A stretch of 64,000 bases of DNA from Pseudomonadota bacterium (GCA_043825875.1 JBDRRF010000079.1:224353-288352), one strand, 5' to 3'. Counted from the first letter of the stretch, positions 32,101 to 42,080 are shown. Notes: generated by a model from the sequence alone, not told the origin. Numbers and translations: made by a program.

Positions 32101-33120
32101 AAAATGCGCTTTTCAATAACTGATGCCAAGGGAAAAGAGATCTTTGCCGGAAAAGATAAAAATATTTTATTAAAAGATTTTTCAAAGCCGCTTGATAACA
32201 GAATGCTTGCATCAGTTAAAAGAAAGTATGAAAAGGCAGGTATTTTAAAATGGGATTTTGGAGACATTGCAAAGCAGCTTGTAATAAAGGAAGATGAAAA
32301 CACCAGCAGGATTTATTTTCCAGCTCTTGAAAAAGATGAAGGTTGCGTTAATCTTAGAATTTTTGAATCTGAAAAAACGGCTCAGTTATCACATAAACAA
32401 GGTTCAATCGCTCTTTTTTTAATAACTTTTGACAAAGATATAAAGCATGTAAAAAAACAGATCTCTATTCCTACTGAACTTCATAAATTTACAGTTTTTT
32501 TCGGGGGAGTAAAAAGTTTTGATAAAATGCTTTTTAATGGCATAATAAATGATCTTTTTGATAAAGAAATACGAACCGGAGATATTTTCAACACCCATTC
32601 ACAGTATGTTCTTAAGAATATATTTTCTTATGGCCAGGAAAAAATTAAACAAATTTCCCCGGTGATAGAAGCATTTCATGAGACCAGATCAATTTTACAG
32701 GATCTATGCAAAAAATGCCGTCTTAATAATAAGGAAGCTTTTTTAATGATAGACAGACTTGAAAATGAAGTTGTCCGGCTGGTGCCGAATAATTTCATCC
32801 AATTATATGAGCCAAAGCGGCTTTTGCATCTACCCAGGTATCTTAAAGCCACATCAATCAGAGCACAAAGAGCGATGATTGATCCTGAAAAAGACAATTT
32901 AAAAACCAGGGAACTTGAAACACATACCTTTTCTCTGGATAAACTTCTTAAAAACATCTCCCCTTTTATATCGGAGGAAAAGAGAAAAGCCATGGAAGAA
33001 TACTTCTGGCTGATTGAAGAATATAAGGTATCTCTTTTTGCCCAGGAGTTAAAAACACCGATTCCAATCTCTTCTAAAAGACTGGATAAAAAGCTTAAAG
33101 AAATCGAGCGACTGATATAA
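29137..33120 (+). CDS. hrpA: ATP-dependent RNA helicase HrpA
   Basis: GETGSGKTTQ, DEAH, SAT, QRKGRCGR, C-terminal EEYKVSLFAQEL. Confidence 0.96.
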   Translation: MHNIKQQNLLINKIEFRIKKAMRADRPVLYRDIAKLKNAVSKNFAGQKIESLLSDITKKLDASIHEQTLRRNNIPKFDFDSDLPITAKKDEIIDSIVKNQVVIISGETGSGKTTQLPKFCLAAGRGIFGKIGCTQPRRIAAITVCARIAQELSEETGKSVGYKIRFDDKTHKDSYIKIMTDGILLAEANNDPYLNEYDTIIVDEAHERSLNIDFILGVLKTLLKKRKDLKLIITSATIDTDKFSKAFDNAPVIEVSGRMFPVDVRYLPVDFEPEKDEDKSHADLAIEAVDKIVKENPYGDILIFMPTELDIREATEILEGRKYRSVEIIPLFARLPASEQKKVFLPLSARKIIISTNIAETSITIPGIKYVIDTGLARIPHYTPRSRSTAMPVVSVSKSSADQRKGRCGRVENGICVRLYTKENYEARSLYTLPEILRSNLAEVVLRMIALKLGEVSSFPFIDRPSPKSIKDGYDILLELGAIKQEPGNKALYCLTPTGKLMASLPVDPRLSRMLIEAPNRGCLEEMTVIASAISSQDPRQRPADKTEEADRAHKVFSDPLSDFITLLNIWNKYNEASGTTSGARKFCKANFLSFRRMKEWRDIHTQITNILIETGMKSRKTESGKALSGANKSDSKFSPLYTAIHKSILSGFLSNIAMKKEKNNFCATRDKSVMIFPGSGLFKNPPTWIVSAEMVETSRFFARTAATIESAWIEEIGKEQCKYSHYGPHWDRKRGEVVAIEKASLYGLAIVAGRSVSYGKINPEEASDIFIRCALVEEDIDTFLPFMEHNKNIKEEVLDMENRLRKRDVFAGNETIFEFYKKQLPGICDIRTLSRHIKSFGNDKHLRMKKEDLLRYLPDEENLSLYPDSINLGKKPFICLYNFDPGKPDDGITVKIPVSSSSSVLPEKTDWVVPGLLQEKITALIKGLPKEYRKKLLPLSKIVDIIIEKMPRGKAALATELSNFIFRNFGIDIPASAWSYDSLPEHLKMRFSITDAKGKEIFAGKDKNILLKDFSKPLDNRMLASVKRKYEKAGILKWDFGDIAKQLVIKEDENTSRIYFPALEKDEGCVNLRIFESEKTAQLSHKQGSIALFLITFDKDIKHVKKQISIPTELHKFTVFFGGVKSFDKMLFNGIINDLFDKEIRTGDIFNTHSQYVLKNIFSYGQEKIKQISPVIEAFHETRSILQDLCKKCRLNNKEAFLMIDRLENEVVRLVPNNFIQLYEPKRLLHLPRYLKATSIRAQRAMIDPEKDNLKTRELETHTFSLDKLLKNISPFISEEKRKAMEEYFWLIEEYKVSLFAQELKTPIPISSKRLDKKLKEIERLI

Positions 33121-33128
33121 TAAATGGT

Positions 33129-34085
33129 ATGATAAATGATATGACAGATAATAAAATTTCAATTATCGTAATCTGCGGCCCAACAGGCATAGGGAAAACA
33201 TCAGCAGGCATCAAAACAGCAGAAATTTTCGGCGGCGAAATCATAAGCGCCGATTCAATGCAGGTTTATCGATATTTAGACATTGGAACAGCAAAACCAA
33301 CAAAAGATGAAACCCTGCGTGTGTTTCACCATATGATAGATATTATAGATCCTGATGAAGATTTCAGTGCGGCGAAATTCGCTTCAATGGGAATCGAAAT
33401 AATCAACAAACTCGAAGAAGAAAACAAGGTTGCGTTTATAGTTGGTGGAACCGGGCTTTACATAAAAGCTCTGGTTCACGGTCTTTTTGACGTCAAACCT
33501 GCGGCAGACAGCGATTTTAAGATTCATCTTAAAAAGCAGGCCAAAGAAAACGGAACTCAATTTTTATATAATCAACTTAAAAAACTTGATCCTAAAGCAG
33601 CAGATAAAATTCACCCGAATGATACATTCAGGATAATAAGGGCACTGGAAGTTTTTGAGTCAACAGGTATAAGTATTTTAGAACATCAAAAAAAGCATGG
33701 CTTTTCAGAAAACAGGTTTAATGTTTTAAAGATCGGCCTTAACATGGAAAGAGAAGCTCTTTACAGGCGAATAGAACAAAGAGTGGACTTAATGATTGAG
33801 GCCGGTTTTGAAGATGAAGTAAGAAGGCTTCTTGATATGAATTATTCGCCAAATCTTAAATCAATGCAATCTATAGGATACCGGCATATGATAGATTATA
33901 TTTCAGGAAGCATTACTTTAGATGAAGCAATACGCACGCTGAAGCAAGACACCAGAAGATTTGCAAAACGCCAGTTGACATGGTTTAACGCCGATCCTGA
34001 CATAATATGGATGAAACCGGATCAGGTTGGAGATATTAAAATACTTGCAGAAAATTTCCTTAAAACAGGAGATAGCCTTGGATAA
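33129..34085 (+). CDS. miaA: tRNA dimethylallyltransferase
   Basis: GPTGIGKT, DSMQVYR, IGTAKP, VGGTGLY, AKRQLTWF. Confidence 0.97.
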   Translation: MINDMTDNKISIIVICGPTGIGKTSAGIKTAEIFGGEIISADSMQVYRYLDIGTAKPTKDETLRVFHHMIDIIDPDEDFSAAKFASMGIEIINKLEEENKVAFIVGGTGLYIKALVHGLFDVKPAADSDFKIHLKKQAKENGTQFLYNQLKKLDPKAADKIHPNDTFRIIRALEVFESTGISILEHQKKHGFSENRFNVLKIGLNMEREALYRRIEQRVDLMIEAGFEDEVRRLLDMNYSPNLKSMQSIGYRHMIDYISGSITLDEAIRTLKQDTRRFAKRQLTWFNADPDIIWMKPDQVGDIKILAENFLKTGDSLG

Positions 34086-34602
34086 AAAATCATCAGAAAA
34101 AAACGCATCCTGCTTTCTTGTTGAAAACATAAACCTTTTGCCAAAAGGCCGTGTCCTTGACATAGCAATGGGTGAAGGACGAAATTCTATTTATCTTGCG
34201 AGTCTGGGTTTTAAGGTTCAAGGAATAGACATATCAGAAGAAGCTATAAAAATTGCCGAAAAAACTGCCAGGCAATCGGGGGTGGATATCAGCACTCATG
34301 TTGTTGATCTTGAAAAAGATGCACATATCACCAAAGACAGTTATGATGTTATTATCTGCTTTAACTATCTTCAAAGACCTCTCATACCGCACATAAAGGC
34401 TGGATTGCACAAAGGTGGGGTTATCGTATATGAAACTTTTATAATAGACCAGATTCAGTTCGGAAAACCACATAATCCCGACTTTCTTTTAAAACACAAT
34501 GAATTACTTGACATGTTTCGTGATTTCAGGTGCCTTAGGTATCATGAGGGAATTGTGGAAAACCAAAAAGCTGTTGCCGGAATAATTGCGCAAAAGATAT
34601 AA
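34078..34602 (+). CDS. SAM-dependent methyltransferase (TehB-like)
   Basis: VLDIAMGEGRN, NYLQR; probable TTG start at 34078 after AGGAG. Confidence 0.85.
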   Translation: MDKKSSEKNASCFLVENINLLPKGRVLDIAMGEGRNSIYLASLGFKVQGIDISEEAIKIAEKTARQSGVDISTHVVDLEKDAHITKDSYDVIICFNYLQRPLIPHIKAGLHKGGVIVYETFIIDQIQFGKPHNPDFLLKHNELLDMFRDFRCLRYHEGIVENQKAVAGIIAQKI

Positions 34603-34608
34603 ATTAAA

Positions 34609-35385
34609 ATGGCTTCATTAATTACACATTTGCTTGTAGGAAAACATGTATTTCAGCACATACACAATATTGAACACAGCGCCAAAAATTACAGCGCTTT
34701 TTTACTTGGCTGTTTGTTAGTCGATGTAAACCGTTTTAGTATTATCGACAAATCTCAAACTCATTTTGTAAAGCGCAAAAAAGAAAACAGTAAAAAATAC
34801 TCTAGTTACAGTTGTGAAAATTTCTTAAGTCAGCTCGACAAAGAGTTGCTGCGACCCTGGGAAACTTTATCAAAAGAAGAACAGGTTTTTATAGCCGGAT
34901 ATCTGTGCCATCTGGCAGCAGATGAAATCTGGAAAGAATTCGGATGGCAACAGGTAAGAACTCTTAAGATGTCAGCCCTGCCGGAATTTCCTGTAACCGG
35001 CACGGTCATGCTTACTGCTTATGATATGCTGTGTAAAAAAGAATTTACAGACTTTGACTCCGTAACCCAGGCTTTAAATCAAGTTTCCATTCCTGATGTT
35101 CTCGTAAATATCTCGCATGATTCTTTACTAAAAATGTGGGAAATTATCCGATCTCATATCATATATGGCAGCACACCCGATTCCTATATTCAATTACTTG
35201 CCTTATCAGGGGAAACAGAAGCCGAATTGGAGAAAACTCGCAAAGAGCATGATTTATACTGGGAAATTGCAATAACTATTATCCGTGAAGCCGGAGGTGT
35301 TAATAAATATATTCAGACTGCTATAAAACGGGCGGTGGATGTTCTTCCGCTATTATTTCAAAGTGATACACTACCAAAAAATTAA
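34609..35385 (+). CDS. Zinc-dependent phospholipase C/P1 nuclease-fold protein
   Basis: N-terminal TH, FLLGCLLVD, THF, GYLCHLAAD. Confidence 0.75.
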   Translation: MASLITHLLVGKHVFQHIHNIEHSAKNYSAFLLGCLLVDVNRFSIIDKSQTHFVKRKKENSKKYSSYSCENFLSQLDKELLRPWETLSKEEQVFIAGYLCHLAADEIWKEFGWQQVRTLKMSALPEFPVTGTVMLTAYDMLCKKEFTDFDSVTQALNQVSIPDVLVNISHDSLLKMWEIIRSHIIYGSTPDSYIQLLALSGETEAELEKTRKEHDLYWEIAITIIREAGGVNKYIQTAIKRAVDVLPLLFQSDTLPKN

Positions 35386-35390
35386 GAATA

Positions 35391-35419
35391 TTGACATACC
35401 TGTATTTTATTTCTAAGAT
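35391..35419 (+). promoter_or_regulatory. Sigma70 promoter for the riboswitch-thiC transcript
   Basis: TTGACA-17 nt-TAAGAT immediately upstream of the aptamer. Confidence 0.7.
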
Positions 35420-35427
35420 ACAAAATA

Positions 35428-35509
35428 ATCTCGTTAGGGGAGCCATTAATGGCTGAGAATCGACTCTTAACTACCTGATCAGGGTAATGCCTGCGAAGGG
35501 AAACGAGTT
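35428..35509 (+). ncRNA. TPP riboswitch
   Basis: P1 CTCGTT/AACGAG; GGGGAGC..GCTGAGA..ACCTGATCAGGGTAATGCCTGCGAAGGGA consensus; upstream of thiC. Confidence 0.93.
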
Positions 35510-35587
35510 TTTGGTTTTTATACTTTAAAAATCCACCGTTTCTCATGGTCACATTTTTGTGTATCAACCCCTTTTGGTAGCCTAAGT

Positions 35588-35683
35588 GGCGGCATATAAA
35601 ATGCCGCCCTACGTAAAGAAATATACCGTAGGGCGGGGTTCCCCCTTATCAAAGGGGGATAAAGGGGGTTGTTAGACCCCGCC
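35588..35683. repeat. Pair of GTAG-type REP palindromes, one with a nested CCCCCTT/AAGGGGG hairpin
   Basis: Minus GTAGGGCGGCAT..ATGCCGCC (35588-35612) and plus GTAGGGCGGGGT...ACCCCGCC (35628-35683). Confidence 0.7.
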
Positions 35684-35725
35684 AATACCTTCAGTATACA
35701 AACAACAAAAAAAGAAGAAATACAT

Positions 35726-37021
35726 ATGACACAACTTGAAGATGCTTTAAAAGGCAAAATAACTGATGCCATGAAACAGGCAGCAGAATATGAAGGAATA
35801 AGTGGTGAAGAAATTCGCGCGGGAGTTGCAAAAGGAGAGATCGTAATTCCAAAAAACATCAACCATAATTTTGTGGCGCGTGGAGTTGGCAAGGGACTTA
35901 AAACCAAGATAAATGCCAATATAGGAACATCACCCAGCCATTTTGATCTTGATGAAGAGTTAAAAAAACTTGATGTGGCAGTTGAGGCTGGTGCTGATGC
36001 CGTTATGGATCTATCAACCGGCGGAGATATTTCTCTGATTTTAAGAAAAATTCTTGAGCACTCAAAAGTTATGATCGGAACCGTTCCAATTTATAAATCC
36101 GTTTCAAAATTAATTTCTGAAGGCAAAAGCAGTATTGAACTGACTTCCGATGAAATCTTTGATGAAATTGAAAACCAGGCAAAAATAGGAGTGGATTTTG
36201 TTACGGTTCACTGCGGCATCACCCGCCACACTGTTGATGTGCTCAAAAATTCTAACAGATTGATGGGTATAGTATCCAGGGGCGGTAGCCTTATGACCGA
36301 ATGGATACTAAAAAATGAGAAAGAAAACCCACTTTATGAGTATTATGACCGACTGCTCGATATCTCAAGAAAATATGATGTCACGCTTTCTTTAGGAGAT
36401 GGTTTGCGTCCTGGAACAATTTGTGATGCCGAAGACAGAGCCCAGATCTCAGAACTTGTGGTTCTTGGAGAACTTGCACAAAAAGCAAGAAAAGCCGGAG
36501 TACAGGTAATGATTGAAGGCCCAGGTCATGTACCTCTTAACCGGATTGCCGCCGATATGAAACTCCAGAAAAGTTTATGCGGCAATGCCCCATACTATGT
36601 TCTGGGCCCATTGCCTACTGATATAGCACCAGGTTATGATCATATAGTATCTGCCATAGGAGGAGCAATTGCGGCAGCAAGCGGTGCCGATTTTTTGTGT
36701 TATGTAACATCCGCCGAACATTTAAGCCTTCCGACAATTGAAGATGTAAGAGAAGGAGTAATCGCTTCCAAAATTGCAGCACATATTGGAGACATAGAAA
36801 AAGGTGTAAAAGGGGCATGGGATCGCAATAAGAAAATGTCGGAAGCCCGCAAACGGTTTGACTGGAAGACAATGTTTGAACTGGCTATAGATCCTGTTAA
36901 GGCGTGCAGGATACGAAACAGCACTGAAGACAGGGACAGGGATGTATGTACAATGTGCGGCGATATGTGCGCCTTGAAAACTTATGAACGTGCTATGAAT
37001 TTATCTTCCGACAAAAAATGA
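35726..37021 (+). CDS. thiC: Phosphomethylpyrimidine synthase ThiC
   Basis: KINANIGTS, MDLSTGG, LSLGDGLRPG, EGPGHVP, CTMCGDMC; TPP riboswitch upstream. Start ATG at 35726. Confidence 0.95.
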   Translation: MTQLEDALKGKITDAMKQAAEYEGISGEEIRAGVAKGEIVIPKNINHNFVARGVGKGLKTKINANIGTSPSHFDLDEELKKLDVAVEAGADAVMDLSTGGDISLILRKILEHSKVMIGTVPIYKSVSKLISEGKSSIELTSDEIFDEIENQAKIGVDFVTVHCGITRHTVDVLKNSNRLMGIVSRGGSLMTEWILKNEKENPLYEYYDRLLDISRKYDVTLSLGDGLRPGTICDAEDRAQISELVVLGELAQKARKAGVQVMIEGPGHVPLNRIAADMKLQKSLCGNAPYYVLGPLPTDIAPGYDHIVSAIGGAIAAASGADFLCYVTSAEHLSLPTIEDVREGVIASKIAAHIGDIEKGVKGAWDRNKKMSEARKRFDWKTMFELAIDPVKACRIRNSTEDRDRDVCTMCGDMCALKTYERAMNLSSDKK

Positions 37022-37088
37022 CGAATGCATGTTTTACGAAAGCGTAACAAAATGTTTGGTTTTGCTTTTTTTGGGGGGAAGTTGAGCA

Positions 37089-38096
37089 TCAAGCAATATT
37101 GATAGAATCTACCTGCAAATTTCCAAGGCTTTTTATTAAGTTGGCATACAGGTTTTTATCAAATTTACCACTAACAACATCTTTCATGATAATTTGACTT
37201 AAGGCATTATATGCATCCATTGCACTTCTGTAAGGACGGGTATCATTTGTCAGCGCCTCATAACAATCGATAATGCTGATTATTTGAGATATTTGAGATA
37301 TTCTGGTTTTTCCATTGGGATATCCGCTTCCATCAATCTTTTCATGATGATCTAAAGCGCAAGCTGCAATTTCTTTGTTATTGAACTTACAAGCAATTAA
37401 TATTTTATAGCCTAAAATGGTATGACTCTTCATTTCTGCAAATTCTTCATCGGTAAGTTTTCTTGGCGCGGTTAAAATTTCGTTGTTGATTTTGGTTTTG
37501 CCTACATCATGCAAGAGCCCGCATAAACCAAGCAACTTGGCCTCAATGGAAGAAAAATTCATATGAAACGCATACTTTAAAGCAAGGGCCATAACATTTA
37601 TGGAATGCATAATAGAAGAATAGTCTTTAGAAGAAAGATCAATCAAGCTGTTAATAACACCGGATTCTCTGGAGTAATCGCTTACAAAGACGCCTACCGT
37701 ATCTGATACTCCTTCAAGACTCCCGCTTCTTGGTTCAGCAAGTGTTTCACCGACAACCGCAATAAGAGTTTCTTTAACTTTGGCGGGGTCACTGGAATTG
37801 ACATAATTTTCAAGCTGTTTGTTAAATCCTTTTTGTGCTTCCTGAAGTCCTGTTAGTTTATCGGTTTGCTTAATAAATAAATCTTTGGGATGCATGCCCT
37901 CTGTAATACGCATTTCACCAAGTGTAATTCCGGATGGTTTATACAAAACATATGTATCATTTTTGGTTTTGTGATAAAGTGGAATACCAATATAAAAATT
38001 TAATTGAGATTTTTTTGCCAGTATATATTCGCTCAAAGCATATGCCGTTTTTATTCTATAAAATGATATTATTGTACAAAACAAGTTGATCTGCAT
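37089..38096 (-). CDS. HD-GYP domain phosphodiesterase; true start lies downstream of the MITE and is uncertain
   Basis: LLHDVGK, HHEKIDGSGYP, RPYR. The listed N-terminal extension reads through the MITE. Confidence 0.85.
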   Translation of the reverse strand: MQINLFCTIISFYRIKTAYALSEYILAKKSQLNFYIGIPLYHKTKNDTYVLYKPSGITLGEMRITEGMHPKDLFIKQTDKLTGLQEAQKGFNKQLENYVNSSDPAKVKETLIAVVGETLAEPRSGSLEGVSDTVGVFVSDYSRESGVINSLIDLSSKDYSSIMHSINVMALALKYAFHMNFSSIEAKLLGLCGLLHDVGKTKINNEILTAPRKLTDEEFAEMKSHTILGYKILIACKFNNKEIAACALDHHEKIDGSGYPNGKTRISQISQIISIIDCYEALTNDTRPYRSAMDAYNALSQIIMKDVVSGKFDKNLYANLIKSLGNLQVDSINIA

Positions 38097-38121
38097 TTCT
38101 ATAAATAAGCATATCACAAAT

Positions 38122-38285
38122 GAGCCAGTTTCAAAACGCCCCATTTTGGCCGATCTCTGCGTTGGGCTCAAATTTCGCACGAAGTGAAGCTTTAGCGCTA
38201 TCCTCGAAATACTTAATGTATTCCTGTGGTTGAAATTTTCTCCCGCCTTGAGCTTGACCAAACTGAAACGTTTTGAAAGTGGCTC
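38122..38285. mobile_element. MITE copy A with 4-bp target duplication AAAT
   Basis: TIR GAGCCAGTTTCAAAACG / CGTTTTGAAAGTGGCTC; AAAT on both sides; homologous to 45572-45713. Confidence 0.85.
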
Positions 38286-38361
38286 AAATGATACCAATTT
38301 ATTACAGGATATCATAATTGTCTATAATTAATTCGGCATAATTATCCGATTCCTTTAGCCC

Positions 38362-39285
38362 TTATTTCGTCTTATCTGTTGAAGTTACAATCATCCCATA
38401 GGACACAAAAATCAGGGACAACAATGATAACCATGTAAAGGACTCCGAATCCAGTATCGCTACCGAAAGGAATGCCCCGCAAACCGGTATAAGAAATCTA
38501 TATACCGCAATACTTGTCAACTTGTTATGTTTAATCAGCATGTACCAAAGGGAAAAAGCCGTTGCTGTTGCCACAGACAGATATAAAAGAAGAAATACCA
38601 GTTCTGCTGAAAACTCTATCACAGAAGGTTTTTCGAACAGGCTTGCAACAGCAAAAAGAACAATGCCGCCAAAGGTAAGCTGATACGCAGATAATACAGG
38701 AGGATAAATTCTGGAAGATGTTTTTTTTACTATAAAAAGAGCTGATATGGAAGAAAGAGATGTTAAAATTATAAAGCCTTCACCTGTTAGCCGGAAATCA
38801 AGGGTAAATAGCTCAACATTGAAATTAACTACAATAATACCTATAAAGCCAAGTAAAAGCCCTGTTATTTTTACCGGGGTCAATTTATCGTCTTTAAGAA
38901 GGAAATGGGAAAAACCCGCTAAAAAAAGTGAACCTGATCCTGTTATAATAGAAGCCTTCATACTTGTGGTATTTGAAATACCAATGTAGAAAAAAAAATA
39001 TTGAATTGTAGTCTGAAGGAGTCCTAATAAAAGAAGAGTAAGATAATCTTTACCGGCGGGCAGTTTCAGTGGTTTTTTGCAAAACAGCAATACCAGAAAG
39101 AGTATTACGCCAGCCAACAGAAACCGATATGCCGCAAAAAAAAGTTTTCCGCCTGTATTGTTCTCAATATTAAGGATTGAAAAGCCAATTTTTAAAAGCG
39201 GGAAAGCGCTTCCCCAGAGCATGGCACAAACAAATGCTATGAGCATTACCGCAGGAGGCCAGGTTAAGATTTTGTTTTTATCCAT
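38362..39285 (-). CDS. DMT/EamA family transporter
   Basis: LWGSAFP, YRFLLAG, about 10 TMs. Confidence 0.92.
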   Translation of the reverse strand: MDKNKILTWPPAVMLIAFVCAMLWGSAFPLLKIGFSILNIENNTGGKLFFAAYRFLLAGVILFLVLLFCKKPLKLPAGKDYLTLLLLGLLQTTIQYFFFYIGISNTTSMKASIITGSGSLFLAGFSHFLLKDDKLTPVKITGLLLGFIGIIVVNFNVELFTLDFRLTGEGFIILTSLSSISALFIVKKTSSRIYPPVLSAYQLTFGGIVLFAVASLFEKPSVIEFSAELVFLLLYLSVATATAFSLWYMLIKHNKLTSIAVYRFLIPVCGAFLSVAILDSESFTWLSLLSLIFVSYGMIVTSTDKTK

Positions 39286-39288
39286 TAA

Positions 39289-40047
39289 TTATATAAGATA
39301 TGCAAAGTCTTTCTTTATTACTGCAAAGAGTTCTTCTCCTATTGCAATACCGATATCTATAAACCCAGGCCCGTATTTCTTTCCGGTTTCCGAACGAAAT
39401 GTTAGTTTGATTTTGTGAAGACTTTCCATTCCTTTAGGATAAAGGGCTATAAATTCGGAAAAGGGAGGATTTATATATGATATCATTTCCCAGAATGTAT
39501 CGGTAAAATTATCAGGCCCCCAACGAAACTTATCAGCATCATAAAGACAATCCGATAAAAGTTTTCCTTCCGGACTTTTTGTTTCTATACCAGTTGTAAA
39601 AGCTTCGTGATTTTTTATTGCGATACAGATATCATCCAGTTCTTCAGGAATAAAAGGGTAGTCTTTTAAAACTTCACGGGCAAAAACTGCACCTGCTGAG
39701 GAATGATCTTTTTCTTTTCTTTTTGTATCGTGTAACAGTCCGGCGCATTGGGCAATAATTACTCTTCGATTGTAAAAACTCTCGGAATATCCGGCCATCT
39801 CGCTTTCTATAAGTATCAATGCCCCGGCATCCAAAGTTACTTTAACGGCATGATTGAGGCCATGGCCAAAATCATTATCCAGATTATTGGTCACAAATGT
39901 ACGTAGTTTTGAAAGGAGAGGATTTGTTTCAAGATTTTTTTTTGAATATGCTAAAGCAGGCGCATAATCCTTATAGAAATCAGGAAGAGGATATCCGGAA
40001 ACTATACGTCGCGCCAGATTTTGTATTTTAGCGTAAACATTCTCCAT
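39289..40047 (-). CDS. HD domain phosphohydrolase
   Basis: HGLNH, LLHD, NHE, LYDADK; start ATG at 40047. Confidence 0.85.
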   Translation of the reverse strand: MENVYAKIQNLARRIVSGYPLPDFYKDYAPALAYSKKNLETNPLLSKLRTFVTNNLDNDFGHGLNHAVKVTLDAGALILIESEMAGYSESFYNRRVIIAQCAGLLHDTKRKEKDHSSAGAVFAREVLKDYPFIPEELDDICIAIKNHEAFTTGIETKSPEGKLLSDCLYDADKFRWGPDNFTDTFWEMISYINPPFSEFIALYPKGMESLHKIKLTFRSETGKKYGPGFIDIGIAIGEELFAVIKKDFAYLI

Positions 40048-40082
40048 AATACACCGAACAGGAATTATTGCTCCAATAAACC

Positions 40083-40151
40083 AAAAAAAATCCTCCTTGG
40101 AAAGAGCACACAAAATTAAACGCAAAGTGGCTTTTTAATATCAAGGAGGAT
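40083..40151 (-). terminator. Probable intrinsic terminator after prpE
   Basis: ATCCTCCTTG...CAAGGAGGAT stem followed by a U-run on the minus strand. Confidence 0.55.
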
Positions 40152-40172
40152 ATGAAAATTAACCAAGATCAA

Positions 40173-42080
40173 TTATTTTTTGGCATCTGAGTAACCAATC
40201 TTGATCAGAGCCTCTTTTATTTCATCTAAAATAATCGGATCATCTATAGTTGCAGGCATCTTGTATTCTTTGTTATCTGCAATCTTCTGTATGGTTCCTC
40301 TTAATATTTTACCGGAACGTGTTTTGGGAAGACGCTTTACAACAGTTGCTATTTTAAATGATGCAACAGCCCCTATCCTTTCTCTTACCATTTGCACTAT
40401 TTCTTTTATTATTTCATCATCACTGTGGGTGACACCTGCTTTAAGAACGATAAAGCCTAAAGGAATCTGGCCTTTAAGCTGGTCTTCAACACCAAGAACC
40501 GCACATTCCGCAACATCGGGATGATCGGACAGCACTTCTTCCATGCCTCCGGTTGAAAGACGGTGACCCGCTACATTAATCACATCATCTGTTCTGGTCA
40601 TAACATATGCATACCCTTCTTCATCAATAAAACCGGCATCCGCTGTTTTATAATATCCGGGAAATTCCTTCAGATATGCATTGATAAATCCATCATCATT
40701 ATTCCATAGTGTCGGAAGCGTTCCGGGAGGAAGAGGCAATTTGACTACAAGGGCACCTATCTCACCTGCTTTGGCTACTTCATTATTTGGATCAAGAACC
40801 GTTAAATTCCATCCTGGAGCCGGTTTAGTCGGAGAACCCTGTTTAACCGGAAATTGATGGATGCCCATACAATTTGCTACTATGGCCCATCCGGTTTCAG
40901 TTTGCCACCAGTGATCTATTACAGGAATACCAAGGCTTTTTTCGGCCCAGTGCAAAGTATCGGGATCAAGCCTTTCACCTGCCAGAAACAAAGCCTTGAA
41001 ACATGAAAGATCATAATTTTTCATAAGCTCGGCATTAGGATCTTCTCTTTTAATCGCACGAAAGGCTGTGGGAGCCGTAAATAAAACTTTTACCTTGTGC
41101 TGAGATATAACACGCCAGAAAGCGCCAGCATCAGGAGTACCTACCGGCTTTCCTTCATACACAATAGTTGTACAGCCCTGTAGCAGCGGGCCATATACAA
41201 TATAAGAGTGCCCTACTACCCATCCAACATCTGATGCCGCCCAGTAAACATCTCCAGGATCAACATCATAAATTGCTTTCATACTCCATTTTAGTGCAAC
41301 CATATGACCGCCGTTATCCCTTACAACACCCTTAGGAACGCCTGTTGTTCCTGAAGTGTAGAGTATATATAAAGGATCTGTTGCTGCAACCGGAACACAA
41401 TCGTGCGGTTTGGCTTTTGATATTTCTTCATTCCAGTCAAGATCTCTTCCGGCAATTAAATCAGCAGATACCATAGGCCTCTGGACAATAATACAATGAT
41501 CGGGTTTTGATGTTGCTATTTCAATAGCACTGTCAAGAAGAGGCTTATATGGGATCACACGCTTGGTTTCTATACCGCAAGAGGCAGATACAATTATCTT
41601 TGGCTTTGCATCATTTATCCTTGTTGCAAGCTCATTAGGAGCAAACCCCCCAAATACAACCGAATGAACCGCTCCGAGACGTGCACATGCCAGCATAGCC
41701 ACAACAGCCTCCGGAATCATGGGCATATAAATCAGCACCCGGTCGCCTTTTTGAACCCCATGGGCTGCATACACACCGGCAAGTTTTGCAACCAAATCTC
41801 TTAGTTCGGAATAAGTATACTTCTTGATAGTATCGGTAACCGGGCTGTCAAAAATAATTGCATCCTGATTCCCTCTTCCATTTTCAACATGAATATCAAG
41901 CGCATTATAACAGGTATTTACCATTCCACCGGAAAACCATCTATAGAAATAAGGCTTGCGGGAATCATCTAAGACTTTATCCCATTTTTTATACCAGTGA
42001 CAATTTTGTGCCACTTCACCCCAGAAACCTTCCGGATCATTTATAGATTGTTCATAAGCTTGTTGGTAAGGGTTAGTCAT
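40173..42080 (-). CDS. prpE: Propionyl-CoA synthetase (Acs/PrpE family)
   Basis: YTSGTTGVPKG, DHWWQTETG, VAGHRLS, PKTRSGKILR; start ATG at 42080 with AAGGAG. Confidence 0.85.
   Translation of the reverse strand: MTNPYQQAYEQSINDPEGFWGEVAQNCHWYKKWDKVLDDSRKPYFYRWFSGGMVNTCYNALDIHVENGRGNQDAIIFDSPVTDTIKKYTYSELRDLVAKLAGVYAAHGVQKGDRVLIYMPMIPEAVVAMLACARLGAVHSVVFGGFAPNELATRINDAKPKIIVSASCGIETKRVIPYKPLLDSAIEIATSKPDHCIIVQRPMVSADLIAGRDLDWNEEISKAKPHDCVPVAATDPLYILYTSGTTGVPKGVVRDNGGHMVALKWSMKAIYDVDPGDVYWAASDVGWVVGHSYIVYGPLLQGCTTIVYEGKPVGTPDAGAFWRVISQHKVKVLFTAPTAFRAIKREDPNAELMKNYDLSCFKALFLAGERLDPDTLHWAEKSLGIPVIDHWWQTETGWAIVANCMGIHQFPVKQGSPTKPAPGWNLTVLDPNNEVAKAGEIGALVVKLPLPPGTLPTLWNNDDGFINAYLKEFPGYYKTADAGFIDEEGYAYVMTRTDDVINVAGHRLSTGGMEEVLSDHPDVAECAVLGVEDQLKGQIPLGFIVLKAGVTHSDDEIIKEIVQMVRERIGAVASFKIATVVKRLPKTRSGKILRGTIQKIADNKEYKMPATIDDPIILDEIKEALIKIGYSDAKK

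Noticed and set aside
35726..37021. BzaA/B/F (benzimidazole synthesis) instead of ThiC
   Set aside because: The upstream riboswitch is TPP-type, not cobalamin-type, and no cob/bza genes are adjacent.
38097..38315. N-terminal extension of the HD-GYP ORF, and ORF 45556..45783
   Set aside because: Both are translations through MITE copies.
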